A stretch of DNA of 64,000 nucleotides from positions 1-64,000 of the forward strand of contig CAVQBA010000006.1 of NCBI GenBank assembly GCA_963710605.1. Direction: 5' to 3'. Source of the DNA: an uncultured cyanobacterium (lineage in GTDB: Bacteria; Cyanobacteriota; Cyanobacteriia; Cyanobacteriales; Cyanobacteriaceae). Below, piece by piece: positions 20,902 to 32,403 of this stretch; the stretch's first letter is position 1, and each line of letters begins with the position of its first letter. A program made the position numbers and the translations under genes. The notes under the pieces are model-generated. The model was given only the letters and a program-made list of their open reading frames with translations. It was not told the origin of the DNA and made no database searches.

Positions 20902-22374
20902 CTAATTGCTAATTGTCAATGCGATCGCTTCACTAGTTTTTAGGCTAAGATTAGTCAGTAGCGAAGGTTGTAAACCAAAGACGATAATCACCACAGCAAG
21001 GATAAAAGCAGGAAGACGCTCAATGTTACTTACTTTAGGTAAATATCCTTTTTCATTATCCATTCTGCCAAAAAAGACACGATTCAAAAGAATGACAAAA
21101 TAAACAGCAGTCAAACCAGTAGAAACTAAACAGATAAGAGTATAAACAGGAAAGACGCTAAAACTTCCTTGAAAACAAAGAAATTCAGCAATAAAACCAA
21201 TCATCCCCGGAATACCTGCACTAGCCATAACAGCAAGAATCATTATCCCTCCCACAAAGGGTAAACCTCGGTAAGGATTCATCAAACCCTGCAACTTAGA
21301 CAAATCACGAGTGCCTGTTTTTTGCTCGATGATACCGACTAAATGAAACAATAAAGCGACAATTAAACCATGGGCAAATATTTGACAAATTGCACCAAGT
21401 ATGGATAGAGATGTACCTGAAGCAGTTGCTAAAACAACATAATTAATATGAGCAAAAGAAGCATAAGCAATCATTTTTTTCATATCTGTTTGCGAAATAG
21501 CAACTAATGAACCATACACAGCACTAATGACGGCTACAATAGCTAAATAAGGGGAAACAATCTCCCAAGCGTCAGGAAACATTTGTAAACCAAAACGAAT
21601 CAATCCATAAATACCTAACTTAGAAATAATACCTCCTAACAACATTGAAACGGGAGTAGAGGATTCGGTATAAGCATCAGGTAGCCATGTATGTAAAGGA
21701 AAAACAGGAATTTTAATGACAAATCCAATTACAACGGCTAGTAATAAGAAAATTTGTTTACTTTGAGGTAAAACAGTGGTAGAAATACTGGCAATATCAA
21801 AATTGTTGACATTAGTCAGAAAGTTTAAACCTAAAAATGCAGTTAAAACAAAGATGCCACTAAAAGCGGTATAAAGTAAATATTTTGTTGCCGCATAATT
21901 TCTTTTCTCTCTTCCCCAAATTGAAATCAACAAATAAATGGGTACAAGTTTTATCTCGTAACAGATGAAGAATAAAAGCAAGTTTTGTGCAATTAATGCA
22001 CCATTTATACAGGTTGTTAAAAGTAGGATTAAAATGTAGTAAAGTTTCGGTTTATTTAGTTTACTAACTTCTACTTCCCCATTACAAAAGGTAAGGGTAA
22101 TGATTAAACTATTTAAGATGATTAATGGTAAAGATAAACCATCAATTCCAACATTATAATTTAAGCCTAAAAATGGTAACCATTCTAAAGATAATGTAAA
22201 TTGTGTTCCTGTTATTTGATAGTCAAATTGAGTAGCAATTATTAAGCTAATAATAAAGGTAAGTAAGCTAAATAATAGTGCTACATTTCTGGTAAAATTG
22301 TTTGTTTTTTTCTGCGGTGAAATACCAATTACGATCGCTCCAATAATTGGTAATATCAGTAATAAATTGATCAT
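20902..22374 (-). CDS. ndhD3: NDH-1 subunit D3 (NuoM-like)
   Basis: KIPVFPLHTWLPDAY, LQGLMNPYRGLP, MASAGIPG; lies between ndhF3 and cupA. Confidence 0.9.
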   Translation of the reverse strand: MINLLLILPIIGAIVIGISPQKKTNNFTRNVALLFSLLTFIISLIIATQFDYQITGTQFTLSLEWLPFLGLNYNVGIDGLSLPLIILNSLIITLTFCNGEVEVSKLNKPKLYYILILLLTTCINGALIAQNLLLFFICYEIKLVPIYLLISIWGREKRNYAATKYLLYTAFSGIFVLTAFLGLNFLTNVNNFDIASISTTVLPQSKQIFLLLAVVIGFVIKIPVFPLHTWLPDAYTESSTPVSMLLGGIISKLGIYGLIRFGLQMFPDAWEIVSPYLAIVAVISAVYGSLVAISQTDMKKMIAYASFAHINYVVLATASGTSLSILGAICQIFAHGLIVALLFHLVGIIEQKTGTRDLSKLQGLMNPYRGLPFVGGIMILAVMASAGIPGMIGFIAEFLCFQGSFSVFPVYTLICLVSTGLTAVYFVILLNRVFFGRMDNEKGYLPKVSNIERLPAFILAVVIIVFGLQPSLLTNLSLKTSEAIALTISN

Positions 22375-22455
22375 AGATAAATATGAGTTATAATCGTTTG
22401 AATTAAATTAAAATAGAGTCAGAATGATTAATCATTAATTATTAATTATTGACTG

Positions 22456-24276
22456 TTACTGGGTTAAACCAAAAAGAATAGCCGCAAAAATTAATCCCAA
22501 AAGGATTGAAACAACGTATAACTGAGATTGCCCTGAAGTACTATATTTCAGTGCTTGTCCGCCGAAGATTGTCCCGAAACCAACGAGGTTGACAACTCCA
22601 TCGACAATATATCGATCGAACCAATAAGTTAGTTTTGCAGTAAGATTAACTAAACCAACAATAGTGAATTTATAAATCTCTTGAATATAAAGATCATTGG
22701 CAAATAAATTACGTACAGATTCAGGAATTATCGTAATAGTTTGTTCACTTGATTTTTTACGATAAATAATAATAGCTAAAACAGCACCAATTAAAGTAGA
22801 TAAACTAAAGAGTATATTCAAATTTCCTTGTAAACTAATTAACTTAAATTGAGCTAAAACTAAAGGTAAATGTAAAGTAACTCCTGTTAAAATCATCATT
22901 GGTAAAACCATCGCCCATAACACTTCAGGCGATCGAGTTGCCATCTGTTTTGAGTCTCCTAAAAAGATTAAACAAAAAGCCCTTAATAAAGAAAAAGTAG
23001 TTAAAGCGTTAACAATCAACATCACCACAACTAACCAAGATTGTGAAGATAAAAGATAATCACTACCTAGTTGAGGTAAAATCCAAAAACCACCTAAAGG
23101 AGGAAAAGCTACTAAACCAAAAGTACCAACTAAAAAAGCAATTCCTGTTAAAGGGCGACGTTTCCATAAGCCACCTAATTGAGTTATATCTTGAGTAATA
23201 TTACTAATAATAATAGTACCGATACTCATGTACAGTAAAGCCATCGCCACTGCATAAACCGCTATCAAAACTAAAGCTGTTTCTTCGTGGTTTGTACCAA
23301 CAGCGATGAAGACTAAACCCATATAAGCACTGACGATATAGGAAAGTACTCTTTTTAAATCAATTTGTGCGATCGCAATTAAAGAAGCTAAAACCGCAGT
23401 TATCGCACCAATAATAACTAAAATCTCTGACACAACAGGAGACATTGCCAAGACAGGTTGCAGTTGAATAATAACATACGCACCCACAGCTACAACGATC
23501 GAATTACGTAAAATAGAAGCAGGTAAAGGTCCTTCCATAGCTTCATCTAACCATAATTGTAAGGGTATTTGTGCACATTTAGCGATAGGACCTGAAACCA
23601 AAGCCAAACAAAGTAAAGTAGAGGAAAAAGAATCCATGGGTGAAGTTTGTGCCCAAAATGCTAAATAATTATAATTCCAGGTATCGGAAAACGGATAAAT
23701 AGCAATGACACCCATCAACAAGAGTATATCTCCTATTCTTTTTGTCCAAAAAGCATCCCTCGCCCCAGAAACAACTAAAGGTTGTGCAAACCAGAATCCG
23801 ACTAATAAATAAGTACCAAGGGTGAGAATTTCTAAATAGACGTAGCTAAAGAAAAGGGAATTACATAAAACCAAACCACACATTCCTGCCTCGAAAAAAC
23901 CCATCAAGGCATAAAACCTTGCCCAACCCCAATCCATCTCTAAATAGCCGACGGCATAAAGTTGACAAAGCACATTCAATCCTGTGATTAAAGCTAATGC
24001 ACCCACACTGACAGGAGAAATTTGTAAATCGAAGGAAATATTAACCCCCGCCGCTTCTAACCATGTGAAACGTAATTCTTGAGCAGGTTTTTCCCAAATT
24101 TGATATAAGGCAATGACACTATGAACAAAAGCTAAAAATGCCATTAAAATATTAACATAACCCGCAGGACGAGAACCTGTTTTTTTGATTATAGCAGGTG
24201 ACCACAATAAAGCGATCGCACCGCCAATCAATGTATAACAAGGTATAAACCAGATTGTTTTACTAAAAAAGTCCAT
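22456..24276 (-). CDS. ndhF3: NDH-1 subunit F3 (NuoL-like)
   Basis: GSRPAGYVN, YLEMDWGWARF, KCAQIPLQLWLDEAMEGP. Confidence 0.9.
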   Translation of the reverse strand: MDFFSKTIWFIPCYTLIGGAIALLWSPAIIKKTGSRPAGYVNILMAFLAFVHSVIALYQIWEKPAQELRFTWLEAAGVNISFDLQISPVSVGALALITGLNVLCQLYAVGYLEMDWGWARFYALMGFFEAGMCGLVLCNSLFFSYVYLEILTLGTYLLVGFWFAQPLVVSGARDAFWTKRIGDILLLMGVIAIYPFSDTWNYNYLAFWAQTSPMDSFSSTLLCLALVSGPIAKCAQIPLQLWLDEAMEGPLPASILRNSIVVAVGAYVIIQLQPVLAMSPVVSEILVIIGAITAVLASLIAIAQIDLKRVLSYIVSAYMGLVFIAVGTNHEETALVLIAVYAVAMALLYMSIGTIIISNITQDITQLGGLWKRRPLTGIAFLVGTFGLVAFPPLGGFWILPQLGSDYLLSSQSWLVVVMLIVNALTTFSLLRAFCLIFLGDSKQMATRSPEVLWAMVLPMMILTGVTLHLPLVLAQFKLISLQGNLNILFSLSTLIGAVLAIIIYRKKSSEQTITIIPESVRNLFANDLYIQEIYKFTIVGLVNLTAKLTYWFDRYIVDGVVNLVGFGTIFGGQALKYSTSGQSQLYVVSILLGLIFAAILFGLTQ

Positions 24277-24747
24277 CTTTATTGATTGATTTATAATTAA
24301 TGATTTATCGATCGATTACTTGTCGTTATTTCGTTTTTACTATTCACTTTTATGAATAAATATTAATAAACAAATAGACTTATGTCAATGATCAATAGTA
24401 AGAGATTGTGGGATGAAGAGTTAAGTGAAAAGTATTAGTTGTTATTCACCTTTCATCTTTCCATCGTTAGCTGTTTACGCTGAATACTTTTTATTGTAAT
24501 CGGTTGAGGGCTAGTAATTAATAAAAAGTTTAAATATTTCGGCAAAGTCTTTACGAGCGAATTGATGATATGCTTTTTTTTACCATTGTTAATAGTTAAT
24601 AGTTAGTAGTTACAGCGTCTAGCTCATAACTATTACTTTAATAAATATTTTAATTACTAATTACTAATTGATTTGTTACATAAGTTAATCGCTTCGATCG
24701 TAGTAAAAAGCTAAAATAAAAAATCGATCGATACCAACAAAACAAAG

Positions 24748-25857
24748 ATGAAAGTCAAAGCCGCCGTTGCCTTAGAATCAGGAAAACCCCTCACTATTAC
24801 TACCGTCGATTTGCAACCACCTCAAGCAGGAGAAGTATTAGTAGAGATTAAAGCAACAGGAGTGTGTCATACCGATGCTTATACTCTTTCAGGAAAAGAC
24901 CCTGAAGGGCTATTCCCTAGCATTTTAGGGCATGAAGGAGCGGGGGTAGTAGTTGAAGTAGGAGAAGGGGTTAGAAGCCTCAAAAAAGGTGATCATGTAA
25001 TTCCTTTATATGTGCCTGAATGTCGAGAATGTGAATATTGCCTAAGCATGAAAACGAATCTTTGTCAAGCAATTAGGGTAACTCAAGGTAACGGTTTGAT
25101 GCCTAACGGTAGTAGTCGTTTTTCTCTTGATGGTGAGCCTCTTTTTCATTATATGGGTACATCGACTTTTGCTAATTACACGGTTGTGCCAGAAATTTCT
25201 TTAGCTAAAATTCGTGATGATGCACCGTTTGAAAAAGTTTGTTATATCGGTTGTGGGGTAACTACTGGTGTGGGTGCGGTAATAAATACAGCGAAAGTTG
25301 AGGCTGGGGCAAATGTAATTGTTTTTGGTTTGGGTGGGATTGGTTTAAATGTGATTCAGGCTTGTCGGATGGTAGGGGCGAATATGATTATCGGTGTCGA
25401 TCTTAATCCTAGCAAAAAAGCGATCGCTGAAAAATTTGGCATGACTCATTTTGTTAATCCTCAAGAGGTAGAAAAAGATTTAGTACCATATTTGGTAGAT
25501 TTAACAAAGGGCGGTGCTGATTATACTTTTGAATGTATTGGCAATACTGAGGTGATGCGTATCTCATTAGAATCGTGTCATAAAGGTTGGGGTGTTTCGA
25601 CTATTATTGGTGTTGCGGGTGCAGGGCAAGAAATTAAAACTCGACCATTTCAACTCGTTACGGGTAGAGTATGGAAAGGTACAGCTTTTGGTGGTGCTAG
25701 AGGACGTACTGATGTACCCAAAATTGTCGATTGGTATATGGATGGCAAAATTAATATTGATGATTTGATTACTCACATTATGCCTCTTGAGCAAATTAAT
25801 GATGCTTTTGATTTGATGCACGATGGTGAATCGATTAGGAGTGTTATTACGTTTTAG
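24748..25857 (+). CDS. frmA: S-(hydroxymethyl)glutathione dehydrogenase / class III alcohol dehydrogenase
   Basis: [44 protein letters not shown]. Confidence 0.95.
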   Translation: MKVKAAVALESGKPLTITTVDLQPPQAGEVLVEIKATGVCHTDAYTLSGKDPEGLFPSILGHEGAGVVVEVGEGVRSLKKGDHVIPLYVPECRECEYCLSMKTNLCQAIRVTQGNGLMPNGSSRFSLDGEPLFHYMGTSTFANYTVVPEISLAKIRDDAPFEKVCYIGCGVTTGVGAVINTAKVEAGANVIVFGLGGIGLNVIQACRMVGANMIIGVDLNPSKKAIAEKFGMTHFVNPQEVEKDLVPYLVDLTKGGADYTFECIGNTEVMRISLESCHKGWGVSTIIGVAGAGQEIKTRPFQLVTGRVWKGTAFGGARGRTDVPKIVDWYMDGKINIDDLITHIMPLEQINDAFDLMHDGESIRSVITF

Positions 25858-25965
25858 GAAGGATGAATAATAATTGAGAATTTGATTGTCCACCTTTTTA
25901 TAACATTTCAAGGTGATTGTTTTTACAGCAAATAAAATCAAAATTAATCTAAGAATAAAGTCTCA

Positions 25966-26100
25966 AATAGCGATCGAATTGCTGAAGCGATCGCATCTTC
26001 TCTTGTTTTAAAACCACTTTCTATTTTAGATTTATCGATAGGAAGATTAACAGATGATGATGTGGAATTTTTATTAAATTGTGTGGTATCGAAGGAGTAA
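25966..26100 (+). pseudogene. Remnant of an LRR-like (STM4015-type) protein
   Basis: Start-less frame NSDRIAEAIASSLVLKPLSILDLSIGRLTDDDVEFLLNC resembles the L.ILDLS.G.LTD.G...LLNC repeat. Confidence 0.45.
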
Positions 26101-26353
26101 AAAACAATTAATTAGCTTATCATAATTAAATAGACGTTGTAGTCAGCATTTTAGAAGATGCACCTCATTCTAAAGTAAGACAGACGATATTTGTCATTTC
26201 AAATTACTTCACAATTCAACGATCGCTAAATTAAGCCAATCTGACTTTTTTACTGATTTCCCAAAAAGCTAATAATTGGCTATTTAAACTTAATTATTAA
26301 AGAAACTAGTTTTGATAATTAATTATATTATGTCTTTAATTAATTACTTATTT

Positions 26354-27223
26354 CTATCGTAAGTACAAACTAGAAGTTAAAGTCAAATTAAGATCTTTTT
26401 GAGTATTAATAGAAATCAACTCTTTTTCGTTACTACCACCAAATAAAAACCCAGCTAAAGCACCAAAACCAGCCCCACCTAAAACTTCCTCTGTTGCGAT
26501 CGCTTTATCTCCTGTAATTCCTGACAAAATAGTAGCCGCCGCCGCACCTGCTGCTGCACCTTGCCAAATCGCATCTGTATTTCTGCCACTATTAACAGTT
26601 TCTGTGCGAGATATAACACGAGAATTAGCTGTTATAGAAGCTTCTTGCCCATCAGGTAAAATCAAAGTCTTAGCGACAAAACGGCTACCACCATTAGCTG
26701 GACGAATCTCTCCTTCAATTCTACTATTACGAGGAATCATAATATTACCTGAGTTATCTCTAATATTTTGCGTTACTTGTAATGTAAAAGGTGCTATTTC
26801 ATCTTTGGTTACTAAAATCTTTCTAGCTGAAGGGTAACTAGTCTCGATGATTGTACCAACTGGTAAACTACTTGTGTAATAATTGGAGTTATTGCGATTG
26901 TCACGATTATTCCAATTGTCACGGTTGTTACGATCAAAACGATCGTTTTCATTATATCTAATATCTCTTTGATTATTATTACCACGTAAAGGCTGAGACA
27001 AAGGAGATCTTTTTTGGGAATATTCAACCGTAGGTTTTAGATTAGAAAATCTCGATAAATTACTATTGATAGAATCTAAATTCAATTCTGATTTTAAATT
27101 ACTACGATTATATTGACTTGGTTTTGCCGAAACTGAGGTGAAACTATTAACAACTGTAGTTAATGAAAGAGTCAAGGCAAAAAGTTTAAAAGCTTGATTT
27201 TTGATTGAATTAGAGTTGGACAT
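26354..27223 (-). CDS. Secreted conserved cyanobacterial protein with a glycine-zipper-like C-terminus
   Basis: Signal peptide; GAAAGAAAATILSGITGDKAIATEEVLGGAGFG motif, also seen at the C-terminus of cyanobacterial S-layer-like proteins. Confidence 0.65.
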   Translation of the reverse strand: MSNSNSIKNQAFKLFALTLSLTTVVNSFTSVSAKPSQYNRSNLKSELNLDSINSNLSRFSNLKPTVEYSQKRSPLSQPLRGNNNQRDIRYNENDRFDRNNRDNWNNRDNRNNSNYYTSSLPVGTIIETSYPSARKILVTKDEIAPFTLQVTQNIRDNSGNIMIPRNSRIEGEIRPANGGSRFVAKTLILPDGQEASITANSRVISRTETVNSGRNTDAIWQGAAAGAAAATILSGITGDKAIATEEVLGGAGFGALAGFLFGGSNEKELISINTQKDLNLTLTSSLYLR

Positions 27224-27611
27224 ATTTAAATACCTAGTTTAAAAGTTTCATGTTTGTTTTGACGCAGTCCAATTGCATTTGTTCCAAATTTAGTTAACGA
27301 ACAACTTCAAACTAAATTTTATTTACTTCGATCGAATTTATTTAGCTGATTTGCAATCGTTTAATATTAAAAAAAACATTATCTTTCTAGAAATTATTTT
27401 AAGTTCTAAGTAAAAATCGATCGAGTAAATAGTGAACTACTAAATAACTCACGAAAATATAATTACATTGTAGGTAATACAATACACCTTTAACTTCTTA
27501 TTTACTCATTTGTAACATCAATTTATTCAATTTGTAACTTGATACTTAGATCATTTACAGCCCCAAAATACATTATCCATCAATATTTCATCTATACCTA
27601 AGTAATATAAC

Positions 27612-27625
27612 GTAGATTACTTTAC
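27612..27625. promoter_or_regulatory. Putative NtcA-type site GTA-N8-TAC
   Basis: GTAGATTACTTTAC in a long AT-rich divergent intergenic region; a chance match is possible. Confidence 0.3.
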
Positions 27626-27657
27626 AGAAACTTCATTTTTATTTTGCTTTAAAGGGG

Positions 27658-27687
27658 TTGACAGAACAAAGAAGTTCAAGCTATCAT
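27658..27687 (+). promoter_or_regulatory. Sigma70-type promoter for the PEP-CTERM gene
   Basis: TTGACA-18 nt-TATCAT. Confidence 0.5.
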
Positions 27688-27874
27688 TTGGATGAAAGTA
27701 AAGATAGAATTATTTATTTAACAAACAATAATGGGCTTTTCTCTTAATATATTTAAGATTTAATGAATCAATTATGACTTTTGTTGATTAAGTAACCAGG
27801 GAGCGATAGGTGCGAAAACTTAATCTTTGGGCTATATTACTTGACATTTTAGTATAACAAACAATATACAACAC

Positions 27875-28495
27875 ATGAAAACAACTTCTTTATTAACCAA
27901 AAACCTAGCTTTAGGTTTAGCAACCGTTGGTTTAGCCACTGGTGCTTCTGTTTTATTTTCAGCTGATTCAGCTCAGGCTATAGTAATCAAATATACTTTA
28001 AGCGGTGTAACCACTAGTGACGGTGGTACACTTTCAGGTAGCTTTAATTATAATTCTGATAATCCTGATCTTTTTGAAAACTTTAATCTCAGTGGTACAC
28101 CTGGAATTGCCATCACAAGTTCGACTTCTTATGGTGCTGGTGCAATTAGCCCCGGCCCTGCTATTCAGTCTCAAGAAGGACCTAATACTGGAACTTTCTT
28201 AAGTGTTAGAAGCAACAACGGTACCCCAAGATCTGCTTTAGCATTAGAGTTTAGTGGTGATCTTACTACTGCGTCACCAGGAGATTCATTCACAATCTTA
28301 CCTGGAACTACCGGATTTAATTTCAATCCATCTTATGAACTTTTACAAATAGATAATCGTGATTCACAAGCTAGATCTGTTAGCGGTGGTTTAGTTACTG
28401 CGTCTAAAGTTCCTGAGCCTGTAACTATTTTAGGTACATTATTAGCTGGTGGTATTGGTGCAGCTATGAAAAAAAGAAAAGGTCAATTAAGCTAA
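27875..28495 (+). CDS. PEP-CTERM sorting-signal protein
   Basis: Signal peptide ending AQA; C-terminal VPEPVTILGTLLAGGIGAAMKKRK. Confidence 0.9.
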   Translation: MKTTSLLTKNLALGLATVGLATGASVLFSADSAQAIVIKYTLSGVTTSDGGTLSGSFNYNSDNPDLFENFNLSGTPGIAITSSTSYGAGAISPGPAIQSQEGPNTGTFLSVRSNNGTPRSALALEFSGDLTTASPGDSFTILPGTTGFNFNPSYELLQIDNRDSQARSVSGGLVTASKVPEPVTILGTLLAGGIGAAMKKRKGQLS

Positions 28496-28646
28496 TTTCT
28501 ATTTAGTTAGATAGTAAGTTTTAAGAAATAATCAGTAAATATATTTTAGAGGTATTATAGCAATGACTTATTTATGTCAATTGTTCCTCGCCTTCTTGAT
28601 CCGTAAATAGTTAGTCTAAAGTTATTGTCTTTAGCTATTTGCGGGT

Positions 28647-29234
28647 TTATTTTATTTTTTGCCATAAAGCTAAACCGCCACCTCTTCCTCGTGCGGCTAT
28701 TAATTTATCGCTAACTAAGAAGTAACTAAAAAATGCTTTTTGACTCAAGTTTTGCTTAAAAAAAGTTTCTTCGCTGTTTTTACCGCCACGAATATTTTGA
28801 CTATATATTTTTTTACCCAAGATAAATAAGGTAAGATAAATGAAATCAAAAGCAAGAATATTTTTTTTCTGATAAAATTGACAAGGTCCGGCTACTGCAA
28901 ATTCGACTAAGCCAATCCCGACAGTATTCACGACTTTACCTTTATGAGTATTCACAACTGTATCTTCATCAAGAGAATAGCTTATTTTAACGGGGGTAAA
29001 ACTAGGTAAATAAAACCCCTGCGGTAATAAACCATCAAGACGAGAACGACTTTTATTTGTACCATTAATAAAACACAAACGCCAAGTACCCAAAAATTGT
29101 TCAAATTGATATTGTGGCTTTGAGTAACGACTATTTTTTTCCGCTGTTTTGAGGGCAGTTAATGTTTCCTCGGCACTAGGAGTCTTTTGTTGACTATCAA
29201 CTGCTCGATCGAGTATATCAAGATATTCGTTCAT
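28647..29234 (-). CDS. Conserved hypothetical protein (PAP/fibrillin-like)
   Basis: FLGTWRLCF, LAFDF, AFFSYF, ARGRGGGLALW. Confidence 0.6.
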   Translation of the reverse strand: MNEYLDILDRAVDSQQKTPSAEETLTALKTAEKNSRYSKPQYQFEQFLGTWRLCFINGTNKSRSRLDGLLPQGFYLPSFTPVKISYSLDEDTVVNTHKGKVVNTVGIGLVEFAVAGPCQFYQKKNILAFDFIYLTLFILGKKIYSQNIRGGKNSEETFFKQNLSQKAFFSYFLVSDKLIAARGRGGGLALWQKIK

Positions 29235-29345
29235 AAAGAATTAATTAAGCTTTATATTTAAAGTAATGAGTAATCAATAATAATTGAGTATAAATACGCT
29301 TATACCTATAATCAATTTGTTATTTGTTCACTGTTATCTGTTTTT

Positions 29346-31589
29346 TTATATTTCACTAATGCGACGAATATTTAAAACATCACTTATATCTCTAATTTTG
29401 TTCATAGTCGATTGTAACTGAGAGAAATTTGTCACATCGATCGTTAAACTAATTAAAGCAGGTTTATCAAAACTAGTTTTAACATTAGCACCACTAACAT
29501 TGATTTTTTGGTCGCTTAAACGTCCTAATATATCTCTAAATATCCCCTTTCTATCTAAAGTTTCGATGGTAATATCAATAGGATAAGTGACAGTACAATG
29601 ATTTTTTACGTCCGTTTGTTTCTCTGATTCATTCCAATTAATGGGAATTAAACGCTCACCTTCAATACTGGTCAAATTATGACAGTCGTGATGATGAATA
29701 GAAACACCACGAGAGTGAGTAACAACACCAATAATATCTTCACCTGGTAGCGGTTTACAACAACCTGCGATATGATACATCAATCCTTCAATACCAATAA
29801 TCGGATATTTGCGACAATCAACTTGTTTACCATTATTTTTAAAAGTATGAGTAATCGAACTATCAACTAAGTTATCAGGATATTCGGTTGATTCTTTAGT
29901 TTCTTCTCGTAACCTATTAATTACTAAAACACTACCTATTTCTCCATAACCCAAAGCCGCTAACAAGTCATCTACTTTATGAAAGTTACATTTACTAGCT
30001 ACTTTGACCATTGTTTCGGATTTTAGCAATGAGTCTAAACCATTTTTACCGTATTCCTTTTCTAGTAAGTCTCTTCCTCTAGCAATATTTTGGTCTCGGT
30101 GCGATCGTTTATACCACTGACGAATTTTATTTCTTGCACTAGGAGTAACTACAAAATTAAGCCAATCTAGACTAGGATGACTACTCTTACTAGTAATAAT
30201 TTCTACAATATCACCATTTTTAAGAGGTTGATCTAAAGGAGACCATTTATCATTAATACTAACTCCTTTAATATGATTACCCACTTCACTATGAATACGA
30301 TAAGCAAAATCGACGGGAGTTGCCCCTTTAGCCAGAGAAATTACCTCTCCTGTGGGGGTAAAAACATAAACATCATCATCAAACAAATTCTCTTTAAGAT
30401 TATCAACATATTCTTCCGCATCAGGTAAATCTTGTTGCCAATCAAGCAATTGTCTTAACCAACTAAACTTTTCATCAGCACTAGATAAATTACTATTAGA
30501 ATTTCCTGTTTCTTTGTATTTCCAATGGGCGGCGATACCATATTCAGCAATATGGTGCATTTCTTCAGTCCGAATTTGTATCTCTAAAGGACGACCATTT
30601 GTATTAACAACAGTAGTATGCAAAGATTGATAACCATTTGGTTTTTTAACACTAATGTAATCTTTAAACCTACCGGGTATGTGACGAAACTCTTCATGAA
30701 CAACAGAAAGGGCTTTATAACAGTCGTGCATTTGCCTGACAATAATTCTGATAGCGGCTATATCATAAATTTGCTCGAATTGTTTATTTTGTCGAGTCAT
30801 TTTTTGGTAGATGCCGTAAAGATGTTTAGGGCGCCCTTTTACTTCCACAAAAGAAATATTATGATAATTTAGTTTTTGCTTAATAGTCAGGGAAATATCT
30901 TCTATACGAGTTTCCCTATCTTTTCTTCTTTCACAAATCAGACTTTTGATTTGGTTATATTCTTCGGGGTGGAGATATTTAAAGGATAAATCTTCTAATT
31001 CCCATTTAAAATGCCACATTCCTAAACGATTAGCTAAGGGGGCAAATATTTCTTTAGTTTCTTCAGCGATACTACGTTGTTTTTCTGGGGAGAGAAAATC
31101 GAGGGTACGCATATTGTGTAATCTATCAGCTAATTTAACCACAATCACACGTATATCTTGTGCCATAGCAATAAACATCCGACGAAAGTTTTCAGCTTGT
31201 CTTTCTGTTTTTGTCGAAAAATTAAATTTTGATAGTTTGGTAACAGCTTCAACTAATTGACGTACATTCGCCCCAAATAAATTTTCAATCTCCTCAGGTG
31301 TTACTTCAGTATCTTCTACTACATCATGTAGAAAACCTGCGGCTATCATTTCACTATCACCACCTAAGTCTCTGAGTAATCCCGCAACAGCAATAGGATG
31401 AGCGATATATGCTTCTCCTGATTTACGTGTTTGCCCTTGATGAAGATTATAAGCAAATTCAAATGCTCGACAAACTAAGTTGTTGTTATCATCATTTTGA
31501 TCGGAAATTAAGCACTGATTTAACCAATTAGGGATGGCAACTTGATATTGTTTAGTGGCAGAATCAGATCCTAAATTTATGGCTGTCAT
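29346..31589 (-). CDS. spoT: Bifunctional (p)ppGpp synthetase/hydrolase
   Basis: HD domain FLHDVVED, KLADRLHNMRTL, synthetase KPNGYQSLHT/EIQIRT, TGS, CCKPLPGE, ACT. Confidence 0.95.
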   Translation of the reverse strand: MTAINLGSDSATKQYQVAIPNWLNQCLISDQNDDNNNLVCRAFEFAYNLHQGQTRKSGEAYIAHPIAVAGLLRDLGGDSEMIAAGFLHDVVEDTEVTPEEIENLFGANVRQLVEAVTKLSKFNFSTKTERQAENFRRMFIAMAQDIRVIVVKLADRLHNMRTLDFLSPEKQRSIAEETKEIFAPLANRLGMWHFKWELEDLSFKYLHPEEYNQIKSLICERRKDRETRIEDISLTIKQKLNYHNISFVEVKGRPKHLYGIYQKMTRQNKQFEQIYDIAAIRIIVRQMHDCYKALSVVHEEFRHIPGRFKDYISVKKPNGYQSLHTTVVNTNGRPLEIQIRTEEMHHIAEYGIAAHWKYKETGNSNSNLSSADEKFSWLRQLLDWQQDLPDAEEYVDNLKENLFDDDVYVFTPTGEVISLAKGATPVDFAYRIHSEVGNHIKGVSINDKWSPLDQPLKNGDIVEIITSKSSHPSLDWLNFVVTPSARNKIRQWYKRSHRDQNIARGRDLLEKEYGKNGLDSLLKSETMVKVASKCNFHKVDDLLAALGYGEIGSVLVINRLREETKESTEYPDNLVDSSITHTFKNNGKQVDCRKYPIIGIEGLMYHIAGCCKPLPGEDIIGVVTHSRGVSIHHHDCHNLTSIEGERLIPINWNESEKQTDVKNHCTVTYPIDITIETLDRKGIFRDILGRLSDQKINVSGANVKTSFDKPALISLTIDVTNFSQLQSTMNKIRDISDVLNIRRISEI

Positions 31590-31866
31590 GGTATTTTCAG
31601 ATAGGTAATTAGGGAAATTTTAAAAAATAATTGCTGATTATCATAAAGATAAAATCAACAAGTAAGGGTTAATATATGTTGGAGATAATTGGGAAATAAT
31701 TTCTAATCTGAATAATATCTAAAGACAATTTTACTACTTGAGCATAAGTAATACTCTTTGTCGGCTCTATGTCTTACTGAGTTATTTATTTCTCTGTTAA
31801 GGTCTATTTTTCGATTAAGATTAGAATGTATTTGTTTCTTAAAATTCTAACTTATATTTATCATAA

Positions 31867-32226
31867 ATGTTACTTTCAGTACATAAAAATAGCTTAATTT
31901 CTTGGTTAAATTTATTACTTCGTTTTCAAGAGATTATATCCCAAGAAAAAGTAAATTTTTCTGATGTCCAAATCCAATGGGAAGAGATACAAAAGTACTT
32001 GCAAAATACGATCGTAGCGATCGATTGTGAAGATTTAGAAACCGAGCAAAAATCAAGTTGGCAAACATGGCAAACGGAAACTTATCGTTATGTTCGTCTT
32101 TTAAATACAGAAATACTATTTTGGCGATCGTCACGACAAGCAGAAACAAAAAACGATCGTTTTTTAGCCATACAACAAAGATTAAGTAATATGATTCAAT
32201 TAACCGATAAATTACTTAATAGTTGA
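31867..32226 (+). CDS. patD: PatD-like protein
   Basis: QTWQTETYRYVRLLNTEILFWRSSRQAETK resembles the PatD core; divergent from relA/spoT. Confidence 0.65.
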   Translation: MLLSVHKNSLISWLNLLLRFQEIISQEKVNFSDVQIQWEEIQKYLQNTIVAIDCEDLETEQKSSWQTWQTETYRYVRLLNTEILFWRSSRQAETKNDRFLAIQQRLSNMIQLTDKLLNS

Positions 32227-32403
32227 GAGTAAGGAGTAACGAGTCGTGTTATTAATTACTAATTGCTAATTACTAATTGCTAATTCAAACTGTGCTATGA
32301 TGTTTAGGTTTCACAAATAAATATAGCAAGATACTGAGTGAGAATTATTCGGTATTTTATTTATTGATTAGAATTTGTTAAAAGAAAAAATATAGTAATT
32401 CGT

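Noticed and set aside
24277-24747. NdhR/CcmR operator upstream of ndhF3
   Set aside because: Expected biologically, but no convincing consensus could be picked out of this AT-rich region.
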